Translations under genes and position numbers: made by a program
The notes under the pieces: model-generated
The model's database searches: none
The model's input: the letters and a program-made list of their open reading frames with translations, nothing else
What the model was told of the DNA's origin: nothing
Assembly: GCA_043736515.1 (NCBI GenBank)
Contig: JAYTCK010000045.1
Span: forward strand, 1 to 49,553
Direction of reading: 5' to 3'
Source of the DNA: a bacterium
GTDB lineage: Bacteria; Patescibacteriota; Minisyncoccia; Phycocordibacterales; UBA6899
Length of the DNA stretch: 49,553 nt
Part shown: positions 8,138 to 16,560 of the stretch, in pieces
How positions within the stretch are numbered: position 1 is the first letter of the stretch
How the letters are laid out: every line of letters begins with the position of its first letter

Positions 8138-9247
8138 TTAGCGTGACGGGCACAGTGCATTATTTTTTAACAGCTCATCTTTTGTGTACTGATAGAGTAT
8201 CTGTGCCATAGCGCGATGTCCCTCCTCGTTAAAATGCCATGAGCAATCTACGCTGAGACACTTGCCATAACGCGCTCGGGCTTCACCGAGTTGATCCGCA
8301 GGATTAAAAACAGGAATTTGTTCTCCTGAAAGAAAATCAATAAGCTTAGTCATGCGTGGGTTATCCTTCCATGCACCTCGCTTCGCATAATCAGTCAATT
8401 CGCTTGGAACCATCACAACAGCAAAATGTTGCCCGTTTGCTGTGACGAGCTTACTAAACTTCGAAAAAATTTCGAACGTAAAAGTGTAATATTGGGAATC
8501 CTCTCCCATCTTCTCCGCTAATCCATCTTGGCTCTGCTTCGGCGGGAGCACGGTGGCACGATCGCCCTCAAGAATCCCGATCAACTCAAGTGTGTTTATG
8601 AATATTTCATTAGCAATGAGCTTGTGAAAGACAAACTTCGGGAGTTCAAATTTGAGTAAAAATTCTTTTAATCCTACCGCGCGACGCCCTTCGCCATAAT
8701 GCTCAAGATCAAATCCCGCTTTAAGGAGATTGTCGTCATAATCAGCCGTAAAAAAAACAAGCACATAGTCTGGGTCAAAGGGAGTAATCTTCTTCTTATA
8801 CGTTTGATATTCAGTAAATGTTCCGGCACTTCCCACGCCAAAATTCATAACCTCAAAACGCGTCTTTCCACACACACCACTCGTATTCAGTGTCGTCTCA
8901 AGAAGCTCAACAAAGTTTCGATAATAATCCACTTGTAGTGCTGCAAGTCCCGAATCCCCGAGCATCGCAATTCGGATCGTACTCGTCGGCTTCTCGATCG
9001 CCATCTCATCGCCGATGTACCCAAGACTATTGGTGCGGATATAGTTTTTTCTCGCGGAAAGCGCATCCCATGCATATCCATCATAGTTCTTCACATGAAT
9101 TGAACCTACGTCAGGGTCGGTGCGCAGAAGCGGAAAGGCAGTCTTCCCGATAACGCGAATTCCTGCTTCCCAATATGCCAGGGTCGCAAAAACGACCAGT
9201 CCGACAATGAGCATTTTTTTGACCACAGTTTTCCCCATATGTTGCAT
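8138..9247 (-). CDS. SGNH/GDSL-family protein with N-terminal membrane anchor (probable O-acetylation partner of the MBOAT)
   Basis: N-terminal TM; TNSLG, RIAMLGDS (block I), MNFGVGS, PDYVLV, HFNEEGH (block V). Start may be 9238. Confidence 0.85.
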   Translation of the reverse strand: MQHMGKTVVKKMLIVGLVVFATLAYWEAGIRVIGKTAFPLLRTDPDVGSIHVKNYDGYAWDALSARKNYIRTNSLGYIGDEMAIEKPTSTIRIAMLGDSGLAALQVDYYRNFVELLETTLNTSGVCGKTRFEVMNFGVGSAGTFTEYQTYKKKITPFDPDYVLVFFTADYDDNLLKAGFDLEHYGEGRRAVGLKEFLLKFELPKFVFHKLIANEIFINTLELIGILEGDRATVLPPKQSQDGLAEKMGEDSQYYTFTFEIFSKFSKLVTANGQHFAVVMVPSELTDYAKRGAWKDNPRMTKLIDFLSGEQIPVFNPADQLGEARARYGKCLSVDCSWHFNEEGHRAMAQILYQYTKDELLKNNALCPSR

Positions 9248-9262
9248 GAAGCCCCTAGGGCA

Positions 9263-9304
9263 AGATAGACAAATGGTACCTTTCTTTGTAACTTTGGTGA
9301 AGAT
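9263..9304. repeat. 42-bp direct repeat, copy 1 (contains a minus-strand promoter-like element)
   Basis: AGATAGACAAATGGTACCTTTCTTTGTAACTTTGGTGAAGAT, identical to 10312-10353. Minus strand reads TTCACC-17 nt-TACCAT, upstream of the SGNH gene. Confidence 0.95.
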
Positions 9305-9382
9305 GCGCGCAACATAGGCGTTAATACCTTCGACAAAATACCAGCTTTGAAAAATCGATGTAGTTTTCTGGCAGCTCCCGTG

Positions 9383-10018
9383 CTAAAGCGTTGTGGTATA
9401 TTTGGTTATCTCGACAAGCGCGCGATGAATTTCCTTCACGGGGTCGATGTGCTCAAACGTAGGCAAGATCTCAAGTGGAATCTTGGAGACTTCGTCGACC
9501 GCGGCGAGCGCGACGATCCAACTTGTTGGATCAATATTTGAGTATGTGGATTGCCAGTTCGTAAGCCACGTGCGCACATCAGCATTGTTGGCAATGCATG
9601 CAAGGTCAAAATAGTCTTTGTATTCTTCTCTTCCGCATATCGCAGAAAGTTTCATAATCGTGATGTCCTCTAGGCTCACCATGCGAAACGAGTCAACAAG
9701 AGTGACAGGCTTAAACAGAGGATCAAATCGAGATATGAAAGAAACCTTTACTCCGTCGATATTGCACCACAGTGTATTCTTTTCTTCGAAGATTATTTCG
9801 AGGCGCGCCGCGCCAAACAGCTCGCTTAATCGTCGACGCAGTTTTTCCACATCAATATCCTCAAGGATAAAATAATCAAGATCAGCACTCTTTCTATGCC
9901 CGATGAGCAAAGCAAGTGCCGTGCCTCCTGCAAGATAATATTGCTCGGGGAGTGATGTGAATACAGTCTTTGCGATTGCCAACATCTCAGGACTGACGGT
10001 CTCGTGATGAAGTGTCAT
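9383..10018 (-). CDS. AbiEii/AbiGii-family nucleotidyltransferase (type IV TA toxin-like, DUF1814/MenT-like)
   Basis: YYLAGGTALALLIGHRKSADLDYF signature; later MKLSAICGREEYKDYFD (K..A...R...KD..D). Confidence 0.9.
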   Translation of the reverse strand: MTLHHETVSPEMLAIAKTVFTSLPEQYYLAGGTALALLIGHRKSADLDYFILEDIDVEKLRRRLSELFGAARLEIIFEEKNTLWCNIDGVKVSFISRFDPLFKPVTLVDSFRMVSLEDITIMKLSAICGREEYKDYFDLACIANNADVRTWLTNWQSTYSNIDPTSWIVALAAVDEVSKIPLEILPTFEHIDPVKEIHRALVEITKYTTTL

Positions 10019-10248
10019 GAAAAAAGATAGGTCTTAAGATAGTGATATTTTCGTTTTGAAATTGCAGTGGTTTTCATTTCTTCAAATACATGTTTCACCG
10101 TAGCTCTATCATATTTTTTAATAAGCCATGAGATAAGAAAAATTCCCCCATACGAAAGTACGCGCTGCATGACAAATGAGTCCGGAAGCGTTGCGATCTT
10201 TTCGGGTTGAATATCCCAAAGCACTGTTTTTACATCGGGTGATTTCAT
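10015..10248 (-). CDS. Small DUF6922-like protein (putative cognate antitoxin)
   Basis: LWD..., FVMQRVLSYGG pattern; 4-bp ATGA overlap with the toxin gene. Start set at MKSPD (10248) because an extended -10 overlaps the longer ORF-track start. Confidence 0.7.
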   Translation of the reverse strand: MKSPDVKTVLWDIQPEKIATLPDSFVMQRVLSYGGIFLISWLIKKYDRATVKHVFEEMKTTAISKRKYHYLKTYLFS

Positions 10249-10254
10249 ATATTC

Positions 10255-10263
10255 ATTATACCA
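10255..10263 (-). promoter_or_regulatory. Extended -10 promoter, leaderless-type, for the TA pair
   Basis: TGG-TATAAT-GAATAT-ATG on the minus strand. Confidence 0.65.
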
Positions 10264-10311
10264 CAGTTTGAACAAAATAGGAATGTCACGAAAACTATTG
10301 AAGCCTCACTG

Positions 10312-10353
10312 AGATAGACAAATGGTACCTTTCTTTGTAACTTTGGTGAAGAT
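10312..10353. repeat. 42-bp direct repeat, copy 2
   Basis: Identical to 9263-9304; offset 1049 bp. Confidence 0.95.
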
Positions 10354-10378
10354 TCACATGTTCTTATAGGTATCGTAT

Positions 10379-11761
10379 ATGTCTACTTTTGCTGTCATTC
10401 TTGCGGGAGGCTCCGGTACGAGGCTGTGGCCCCTTTCCCGGAAAAACTTCCCAAAGCAGTTTTTGGATCTGTATGGAGACAAATCGCTGCTTCAGCACAC
10501 GTTCACGCGCATGGCAGAGCTAGCATCACCTGAAGGAGTCTATGCTGTCACCAATCAGGACCACTTCTACAATGTCCTCAATCAGCTCCGCGAAGTTTTC
10601 CCCGGCTTTCCCGAGGACCACATCATTGTGGAGCCCGAAGGTCGCAATACCTTCCCTGCAATCGTGCTTGCCCTGCGTACGCTTTCCGATCGTGATGCAA
10701 AAGGTAATGACCCCATCATTTTCACTCCCGCTGATGCTTATATCGCAAATGAGGAGGAGTATCGTGCCACACTCACTCTTGCGAGTCTTCATGCGGGAAA
10801 AGGTTTAGTTGTTGTAGGAATAACACCAACTTCCCCCGAAACGGGCTATGGTTATATTGAGGTTGGTGAGGATGCAGGCGGAATATTGCGCACAAGCGCA
10901 TTCCACGAAAAGCCTGATGCGGCTACTGCAGAGGCGTATCTCAATTCGGGGATGCATCTTTGGAACTCCGGACTGTATGTGGGCACGCATGACGCATTCC
11001 TTGCAGAAATTCTGGAGCACACACCCGAAGTGCACAAGCTGTACGAACAAGGATTCGCTGCACTTTCTGAAAATTTTGGCGCATTACCAAATCTTTCAGT
11101 TGACCACGCGCTCGCTGAGCGGTCACGCAACGTGTATGTTGCACAGGGAGCATTCGGATGGAGCGATGTTGGCTCGTTCGATGCGCTTGCAAAAGTACTC
11201 GAAGAGCGGGGAACTTCCTACCCCAAACACGTGAGCGTTGATTCGACGGGAATTTTTGTACACAGCGCAGAGGGCAGGCTGGTGGTAACAGTTGGCGTGG
11301 ACGACCTCGTCATTGTCGATCATCGTGATAGTCTCCTTATCCATAAAAAAGGGAGGAGCGATGAAGTTGGTGCTGTGCTCAAATCACTGATCGCTGCTGG
11401 ACACAAAGAAGCCGAGCATAATCTTCTTGTGCATCGGCCATGGGGCCAGTACCACGTGTTGATCGATTCGCCGAACTACAAAGTGAAGAAGATTGTAGTC
11501 TATCCCGGCGCAAAGTTAAGCCTCCAGTCGCACGAACATCGCGCAGAGCATTGGGTCGTCGTTCACGGCACCGCAGAAGCCACAGTGGGCGAAGATGTGC
11601 TTACCCTCAATGCAAATGAAAGCGCATACATCCCCGCCGGCACACAACACCGCCTTGCAAACCCCGGAAACATCAACCTTGAGATCGTCGAAGTACAAAC
11701 AGGCACCTACCTCGGCGAAGACGACATCAAACGCTACGAAGACAACTATAAACGCAGATAA
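10379..11761 (+). CDS. manC: Mannose-1-phosphate guanylyltransferase / mannose-6-phosphate isomerase
   Basis: ILAGGSGTRLWPLSRKNFPKQF, EPEGRNT, PETGYGYI, WNSG, GWSDVGS; C-terminal cupin RPWG, LSLQSHEHRAEHWVVV, EVQTGTYLGEDDIKR. Confidence 0.95.
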   Translation: MSTFAVILAGGSGTRLWPLSRKNFPKQFLDLYGDKSLLQHTFTRMAELASPEGVYAVTNQDHFYNVLNQLREVFPGFPEDHIIVEPEGRNTFPAIVLALRTLSDRDAKGNDPIIFTPADAYIANEEEYRATLTLASLHAGKGLVVVGITPTSPETGYGYIEVGEDAGGILRTSAFHEKPDAATAEAYLNSGMHLWNSGLYVGTHDAFLAEILEHTPEVHKLYEQGFAALSENFGALPNLSVDHALAERSRNVYVAQGAFGWSDVGSFDALAKVLEERGTSYPKHVSVDSTGIFVHSAEGRLVVTVGVDDLVIVDHRDSLLIHKKGRSDEVGAVLKSLIAAGHKEAEHNLLVHRPWGQYHVLIDSPNYKVKKIVVYPGAKLSLQSHEHRAEHWVVVHGTAEATVGEDVLTLNANESAYIPAGTQHRLANPGNINLEIVEVQTGTYLGEDDIKRYEDNYKRR

Positions 11762-11763
11762 TC

Positions 11764-11788
11764 AAAACACCGATCTTGTCGGTGTTTT
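11764..11788. terminator. Bidirectional intrinsic terminator between convergent genes
   Basis: AAAACACCGA-tcttg-TCGGTGTTTT. Confidence 0.85.
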
Positions 11789-11798
11789 TCTTTTTATC

Positions 11799-12557
11799 TT
11801 ACGAAAGCAGTATTGGTATTTTTTGTTTTATATTGGCATTTATGTTTACAATGTCGGGTCGTTTCTTCAAAAAATTAATGACATCTGAAGCAGCAAAATC
11901 ATTGTTCTCTAAATAAAGCGCGTCGTAGACCTCGCTGATCACTCGATAATCTTCTGGAGTATCAAGGGTGAGCCTCAGTTCCGGCCACAGCATCTCCCCT
12001 TTCGCCCGAAGCGCCAATATTTTATATCGCTTCGGGTCCGTCTTGATATGCACTGTCACATGCTCGCGCATTTCTGGGTGTGTTGCTTCGTTATACCCAT
12101 CTTCAAGTGCTTTTATCGTGAATACTGTTGCATCAAATCCGTCGGGTACGGGGGCATCCCCCATCTCATTTGAAACCAAATCAAAATTCCCTTCAAAAAG
12201 TTTAAGGATAAGATCGTCGACAATTCTGTGGTCAACGAGCGGACTGTCTCCCATGCCGCGGTACACGATATCTGCATCACAACTTTTTGCTGCTTCATAT
12301 ACGCGAGCGAGCACATCGGCTTCACTGCCGCGATAACATCGGTACTGACGCTCCGCGCAGAAGGTTTCGATCGCATCATCATTGGGATTGACCGTTGTGG
12401 CGATGATTATCTCATCAATGTATTTACTACGGCTGATACGCTCCACTATACGGGCGAGCACAGGCTCACCCGCAAGTGGCATGAGCACCTTGCCTGGAAG
12501 TCTCGTCGATCCCATGCGCGCGGAAATAGTGGCAATAGCACGTCTTCCGTTAATCAT
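11799..12557 (-). CDS. SpsF-like acylneuraminate cytidylyltransferase-family protein, copy 1
   Basis: ARMGSTRLPGKVL, RGSEADVLAR, REHVT, ELRLTLDTPEDY. Real start MINGRR (12557); the ORF-track extension overlaps the upstream gene. Confidence 0.85.
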   Translation of the reverse strand: MINGRRAIATISARMGSTRLPGKVLMPLAGEPVLARIVERISRSKYIDEIIIATTVNPNDDAIETFCAERQYRCYRGSEADVLARVYEAAKSCDADIVYRGMGDSPLVDHRIVDDLILKLFEGNFDLVSNEMGDAPVPDGFDATVFTIKALEDGYNEATHPEMREHVTVHIKTDPKRYKILALRAKGEMLWPELRLTLDTPEDYRVISEVYDALYLENNDFAASDVINFLKKRPDIVNINANIKQKIPILLS

Positions 12558-12558
12558 G

Positions 12559-13773
12559 TTATTTCTTATTAAAAAATGCGATGGTTTGTTGTAATATCTC
12601 TGCCTGTTTTTCCGCTCGTTCCCACTCCCAATAATTTGTCTTGAATGCGAGAATCTGTTGCTGTACTTTTTCCGCGACAGGACAGAGTCCGGGTTTCCAT
12701 GCTTGGAGGGTACCTTTATAGGTAGCCTTAATAACCTCTTCCTTGCCCGCAAAGTTCATCTCTTGGAACATTGGTTCTTGGTAAGTAAGTTTCCATGTCG
12801 CATAGATACCATCACCACCCAATTCTTTGAATTTCAGACGAAAATCAGCCCAAGAAACAGGTGCGTCGACGAGTCGTACGGCGAGCCCCCAATACACGTT
12901 TTTATATCCTTCTGGTGTGTACTGTGGCACAAGCCAGTCGCATCCTTTCATCGCCTTCATAAACAAGTTTGCCGCATCAATACGTCGCTCTACAAGTTCA
13001 TCCATGCGTTCGATCTGCCCAAGAACCACAGCTGCGCAAAGATCCGGCATGCGATAGTTATAACCCATTGAAGCGTGACGATTGTAATTTGGATTTTGAA
13101 TATCGTCTTTAGAAATCTTGCCTGCTTTTGCAGAAACCGACGCATAGCCAAGAACAGAAAATCGCCGCACACGATCTGCCGCATCGACATCATTCGTGCA
13201 CACCATTCCTCCTTCTCCGGCGGTAAGGTGTTTTGTGCTTTGAAAACTGAAGCTTGAGTAGTGCCCGATTGTACCAGCGAGCCGCCCTTTGTATTCCCCC
13301 AAAAAACACTGCGCATTGTCTTCAATGACTGCGAGGTTGTGCTTCTTTGCAATCTCCATAATGGGATCCATATCAGGTGAGAGTCCATAGAGTGCAACAG
13401 TAATGATGGCCCTTGTTCGGGGAGTAATTAATTTTTCAATCGACTTCGGGTCAATCTGTAATGTCTCTTCGATAACATCCGCAAACACCGGTACTGCATC
13501 CTGTTGCAACACCGCCATTGTTGTAGCAGCCATTGTTAGTGGGGGCACAATTACTTCATCACCAGCCCGAACGCCGGCTGCATACAGCGCAGAGTGGAGT
13601 GTCGCTGTGCCATTGATGTGCCCCACCGAATACTGTACCCCTATACGACCTGAAAAAGCTTCTTCTGCCCTCTTGAGCATTTTAGTATCACGCGGTCCTC
13701 GGAATTGAGAAAGAAGTACTTCTTTTACATATGCTTCTTCCTTTTCACTGATGCGTTTTATGTTGGGTTTCAT
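12559..13773 (-). CDS. DegT/DnrJ/EryC1/StrS PLP aminotransferase, copy 1
   Basis: NGTATLH, GDEVIVP, IEDNAQ, FSFQSTKHLTAGEGG (PLP Lys), GYNYRM. Confidence 0.93.
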   Translation of the reverse strand: MKPNIKRISEKEEAYVKEVLLSQFRGPRDTKMLKRAEEAFSGRIGVQYSVGHINGTATLHSALYAAGVRAGDEVIVPPLTMAATTMAVLQQDAVPVFADVIEETLQIDPKSIEKLITPRTRAIITVALYGLSPDMDPIMEIAKKHNLAVIEDNAQCFLGEYKGRLAGTIGHYSSFSFQSTKHLTAGEGGMVCTNDVDAADRVRRFSVLGYASVSAKAGKISKDDIQNPNYNRHASMGYNYRMPDLCAAVVLGQIERMDELVERRIDAANLFMKAMKGCDWLVPQYTPEGYKNVYWGLAVRLVDAPVSWADFRLKFKELGGDGIYATWKLTYQEPMFQEMNFAGKEEVIKATYKGTLQAWKPGLCPVAEKVQQQILAFKTNYWEWERAEKQAEILQQTIAFFNKK

Positions 13774-13794
13774 ATAGGTGTGATAACTTAAGCA

Positions 13795-14433
13795 TTACAG
13801 CAATTGTGTCACCGCGCCATAAGCGGGACGAAGCGAAAGATGACGATGCACATTAAAGCCGTTCTTGTTAATTTTCTTGGGATCGCTATACCGTCCAGTA
13901 TAAATACGGTCCCCGTTCTTGTCCTTGTCGCTACACCAAATGAAGTCATTTTTCCAGAGCAGTGCACCCTCATATAAATAATAATAGACAAAAAAAACAT
14001 ACGCAGTGAGCACCGCCGAGGGAAATTGTTCACCTTTTTTAAGTTTTCCCTCTATAATATCGGGTCTAACTCCACGTGTTTCCTTAATGACGTTCTTTCG
14101 GATAAGATACCATCGGTTTTTAAGCGTTGTGCTCTGTGCAAATTTTTCATTAAGATACCAATCCTGATTATAAAAGCAGGGTTCATTCTTTGCAGGATCA
14201 AATCCAAAGTAGGCGCGCATGTTGTTAAGCGTCAAAGGCTTTCCGTCTTTTGATTTTGTAACACCGAGTATCAGCAAATAATCCTTCGCTGCTTTGTTAA
14301 GCACTTGCGCATCGTAGTTTACTTTGGGAATAGTTAATGCTGGCGCCCCAATAAATTCACTTGCAATCAAGCTGAGCTCATCGGGCCCAATAAAATTTTT
14401 ACCCATTATTTTTTTTGCATCCTGCCAATTCAT
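13795..14433 (-). CDS. Hypothetical soluble protein (213 aa)
   Basis: Intact ORF, 1-bp gap from the upstream gene, protein-like composition (FYNQDWY, WYLIRK, GDRIYTG); no family confidently recognised. Confidence 0.75.
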   Translation of the reverse strand: MNWQDAKKIMGKNFIGPDELSLIASEFIGAPALTIPKVNYDAQVLNKAAKDYLLILGVTKSKDGKPLTLNNMRAYFGFDPAKNEPCFYNQDWYLNEKFAQSTTLKNRWYLIRKNVIKETRGVRPDIIEGKLKKGEQFPSAVLTAYVFFVYYYLYEGALLWKNDFIWCSDKDKNGDRIYTGRYSDPKKINKNGFNVHRHLSLRPAYGAVTQLL

Positions 14434-14434
14434 A

Positions 14435-14770
14435 TTATTTCTTTTCACTACTTAATTTAGTCATAAAATATTTTGCTCGATTTTGTATATGTTTATTTCC
14501 ATCCATTTCACTCCAGCGAACCAGCTCTGCCTCTTTCAGGAAATCAGTCAGTCCTAAGAGTAAAAACGTTTCGGGAGGAAGCGTAGCAGTAAGATCATAT
14601 TTTCGAAAAAGCTTTCCGATTGCGGTACGAAGATTTTGAGTACGAGTAACACCGCCCTCGCCGAGCTCACCAAACATTTCCATAGTCGTCGCAAAGACGA
14701 GGTGATTATACAAAATGCCCACCATTGCCTTCTCCTCTAGTTCGGTCAAATTCAAACTTTCTTTTTCCAT
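14435..14770 (-). CDS. Hypothetical protein (111 aa)
   Basis: Intact ORF with its own TGT-TAGGAT hexamer 7 nt before the ATG; no recognisable motif. Confidence 0.7.
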   Translation of the reverse strand: MEKESLNLTELEEKAMVGILYNHLVFATTMEMFGELGEGGVTRTQNLRTAIGKLFRKYDLTATLPPETFLLLGLTDFLKEAELVRWSEMDGNKHIQNRAKYFMTKLSSEKK

Positions 14771-14788
14771 GTCGATTATCCTAACACA

Positions 14789-15352
14789 CTATTTATTTTG
14801 CAAATAGAAGATTCCCTCCTGCCATAAAGCGACATCTCCCTTTTGTTGATATGCAGCAATACGCTCCAGCTCGGCGACAATAGCCTCTTCGTGGGTCTTA
14901 CTGTGAAATGAGGGGAATTTATACTCGGGGACCATTGTAAGTTCAATATTTACGTTCATATCACGCATGGCCTTCACAAAAGTGAGGAAAGCGCGATATT
15001 GATGAAACTCGGTTGTCACAAGGAGCAAACTTCTCCAACCGTGTTTTTGAGCAAGGTGAAGTGTGGATTCTGCTTCTTCCCGCGTGTGCGCTCCTGTCTC
15101 CTCCCAGACAATATGCTCTTCTGGTAAACCGAGCGCAACCAATTTTCGGATCAGTACGTGTGCGGGAAGGCTTCCGTATGCATGGTCGTGCGCACTGCTT
15201 GTCACCACAACCTTCGGAGCTAGCCCTAAATGATAGAGTTCCGCAACTTTAAGAGTACGGTGAAAGCGGTCCCCCGCTAGCAAAACGATAGCGTCGGCTT
15301 TTCGGGGCGCATCCGTCAAAAGCAATTTTTTTAATTCTTCAAATTCGTTCAT
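14789..15352 (-). CDS. YdcF/ElyC (DUF218) family protein
   Basis: ADAIVLLAG, ETGAHTREEA (S.NT.EN-like), LLVTTEFHQYRA. Start set at MNEFE (15352). Confidence 0.8.
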   Translation of the reverse strand: MNEFEELKKLLLTDAPRKADAIVLLAGDRFHRTLKVAELYHLGLAPKVVVTSSAHDHAYGSLPAHVLIRKLVALGLPEEHIVWEETGAHTREEAESTLHLAQKHGWRSLLLVTTEFHQYRAFLTFVKAMRDMNVNIELTMVPEYKFPSFHSKTHEEAIVAELERIAAYQQKGDVALWQEGIFYLQNK

Positions 15353-15360
15353 AAATAAAA

Positions 15361-15383
15361 CTAAGGGCACAGTGTGCCCTTAG
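15361..15383 (-). terminator. Intrinsic terminator-like hairpin after the NeuB-family gene
   Basis: CTAAGGGCAC-agt-GTGCCCTTAG followed on the minus strand by TTTTATTT. Confidence 0.7.
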
Positions 15384-15389
15384 TATGCT

Positions 15390-16457
15390 TTAACCGAGCG
15401 ATTCCCAGTGAATCGCTTCTCCTTCTTCGATATCTCTCTTTGCGGTTAGTCCCGCGACTTCATTTTTGTATTTTGGATAGATACCAAGCGCCGGACGGAG
15501 CTCAATAAGTCGCTCAACACCGATGATTTCGCCCTGCTTGATCGGAGCGGCGGCGTAAAGTGAGCGACGCTGCACAACGACCGTTTCCGACTCTTCGGCA
15601 ACAACTTCTTTGCGTGCACTGCCGAGGGCCGACTCCATATCACGAATCCTTACCATCATCTCGGCAAACTGCTTCGGCTCCATCGAGTGGGGGTGGTCAG
15701 GGCCAGCGTTCTTTTTATCGTCGGTAAAATGCTTCTCAATCACTTTCGCGCCACGTGCAATTGCACCGAGAACTACAGTATCGGAGTGTGTGTGATCGGA
15801 ATAGCCGACCATGACCTCAAATGCTGTCTTATAAGTATCCATCACACGAATGTTCGCACTTTCGATCTTTGAGGGATAATTGGTGATGCACTGAAGAAGC
15901 GCGACGTCTTTATTGCCTGTTGATTCGATCACGCGAAGTGCCTCATCGACTTCGGCAAGCGTGGACGCACCGGTTGCGAGTACGACAGGTTTCCCTTTTT
16001 TTGCAATGTACTCGACCATTTCAAGCCAAGTAATATCGCCCGAACCAATTTTGTAGAAAGGAACATTCGCTTCATCCATAATGTCCACCGCCCCATAATC
16101 ATATGGACTCGATGTGGCGAGGATGCCGATCTCTCGGCAATAGTCGAAAAATTCTTTATGCCACTCGCGTGGAAATTCCGCCGACTTAAATACTTCCTCA
16201 ACCGGCTTGCCCCAACTACCATGTACACCTTTCAGCTTCATTGATGCGAATCCTTTGCCGGAAACTATTTTTTTTGCAAGAAAGCTCTGAATTTTCACAA
16301 CATCCGCCCCGGCTTCTTTAACAAGTTTCGCAAGCTTCTTTGCCTTCTCGATGCTTCCATCAAAATTGCCACCGAGATCCGCGATAACGAGCGCAGGCTG
16401 CCCTTCCCCCACAAGTCGGCTGCCAATCTTAAACGTTTTTGAGAATCTTTCTGTCAT
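15390..16457 (-). CDS. N-acetylneuraminate synthase family (NeuB/PseI/SpsE) with C-terminal SAF domain
   Basis: GADVVKIQ, YKIGSGDIT, LATGA, LLQCITNYP, GYSDHT, IEKHFT, GPDHPHS, RRSLYA, ELRPALG. Start MTERF (16457) follows a GGAAGG SD. Confidence 0.95.
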   Translation of the reverse strand: MTERFSKTFKIGSRLVGEGQPALVIADLGGNFDGSIEKAKKLAKLVKEAGADVVKIQSFLAKKIVSGKGFASMKLKGVHGSWGKPVEEVFKSAEFPREWHKEFFDYCREIGILATSSPYDYGAVDIMDEANVPFYKIGSGDITWLEMVEYIAKKGKPVVLATGASTLAEVDEALRVIESTGNKDVALLQCITNYPSKIESANIRVMDTYKTAFEVMVGYSDHTHSDTVVLGAIARGAKVIEKHFTDDKKNAGPDHPHSMEPKQFAEMMVRIRDMESALGSARKEVVAEESETVVVQRRSLYAAAPIKQGEIIGVERLIELRPALGIYPKYKNEVAGLTAKRDIEEGEAIHWESLG

Positions 16458-16560
16458 GGTATTACCTTCCAAAAATGAATTAATGACTACAAATCTATAC
16501 CGCATCCTACACAGAACAGCAACATTCGCAACAAGAGAAAGGTGACAAATTCACTACTAT

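Noticed and set aside
9263-10353. CRISPR array or IS element
   Set aside because: Only two repeat copies 1 kb apart, with no spacers, cas genes, transposase or terminal inverted repeats.
12558-12752. 65-aa N-terminal extension of SpsF copy 1 in the ORF track (likewise extensions at 10275, 16505, 21387, 22156, 31124, 35354, 36076, 40340)
   Set aside because: They overlap upstream genes or promoter elements; downstream ATGs match family starts and gene-overlap patterns.
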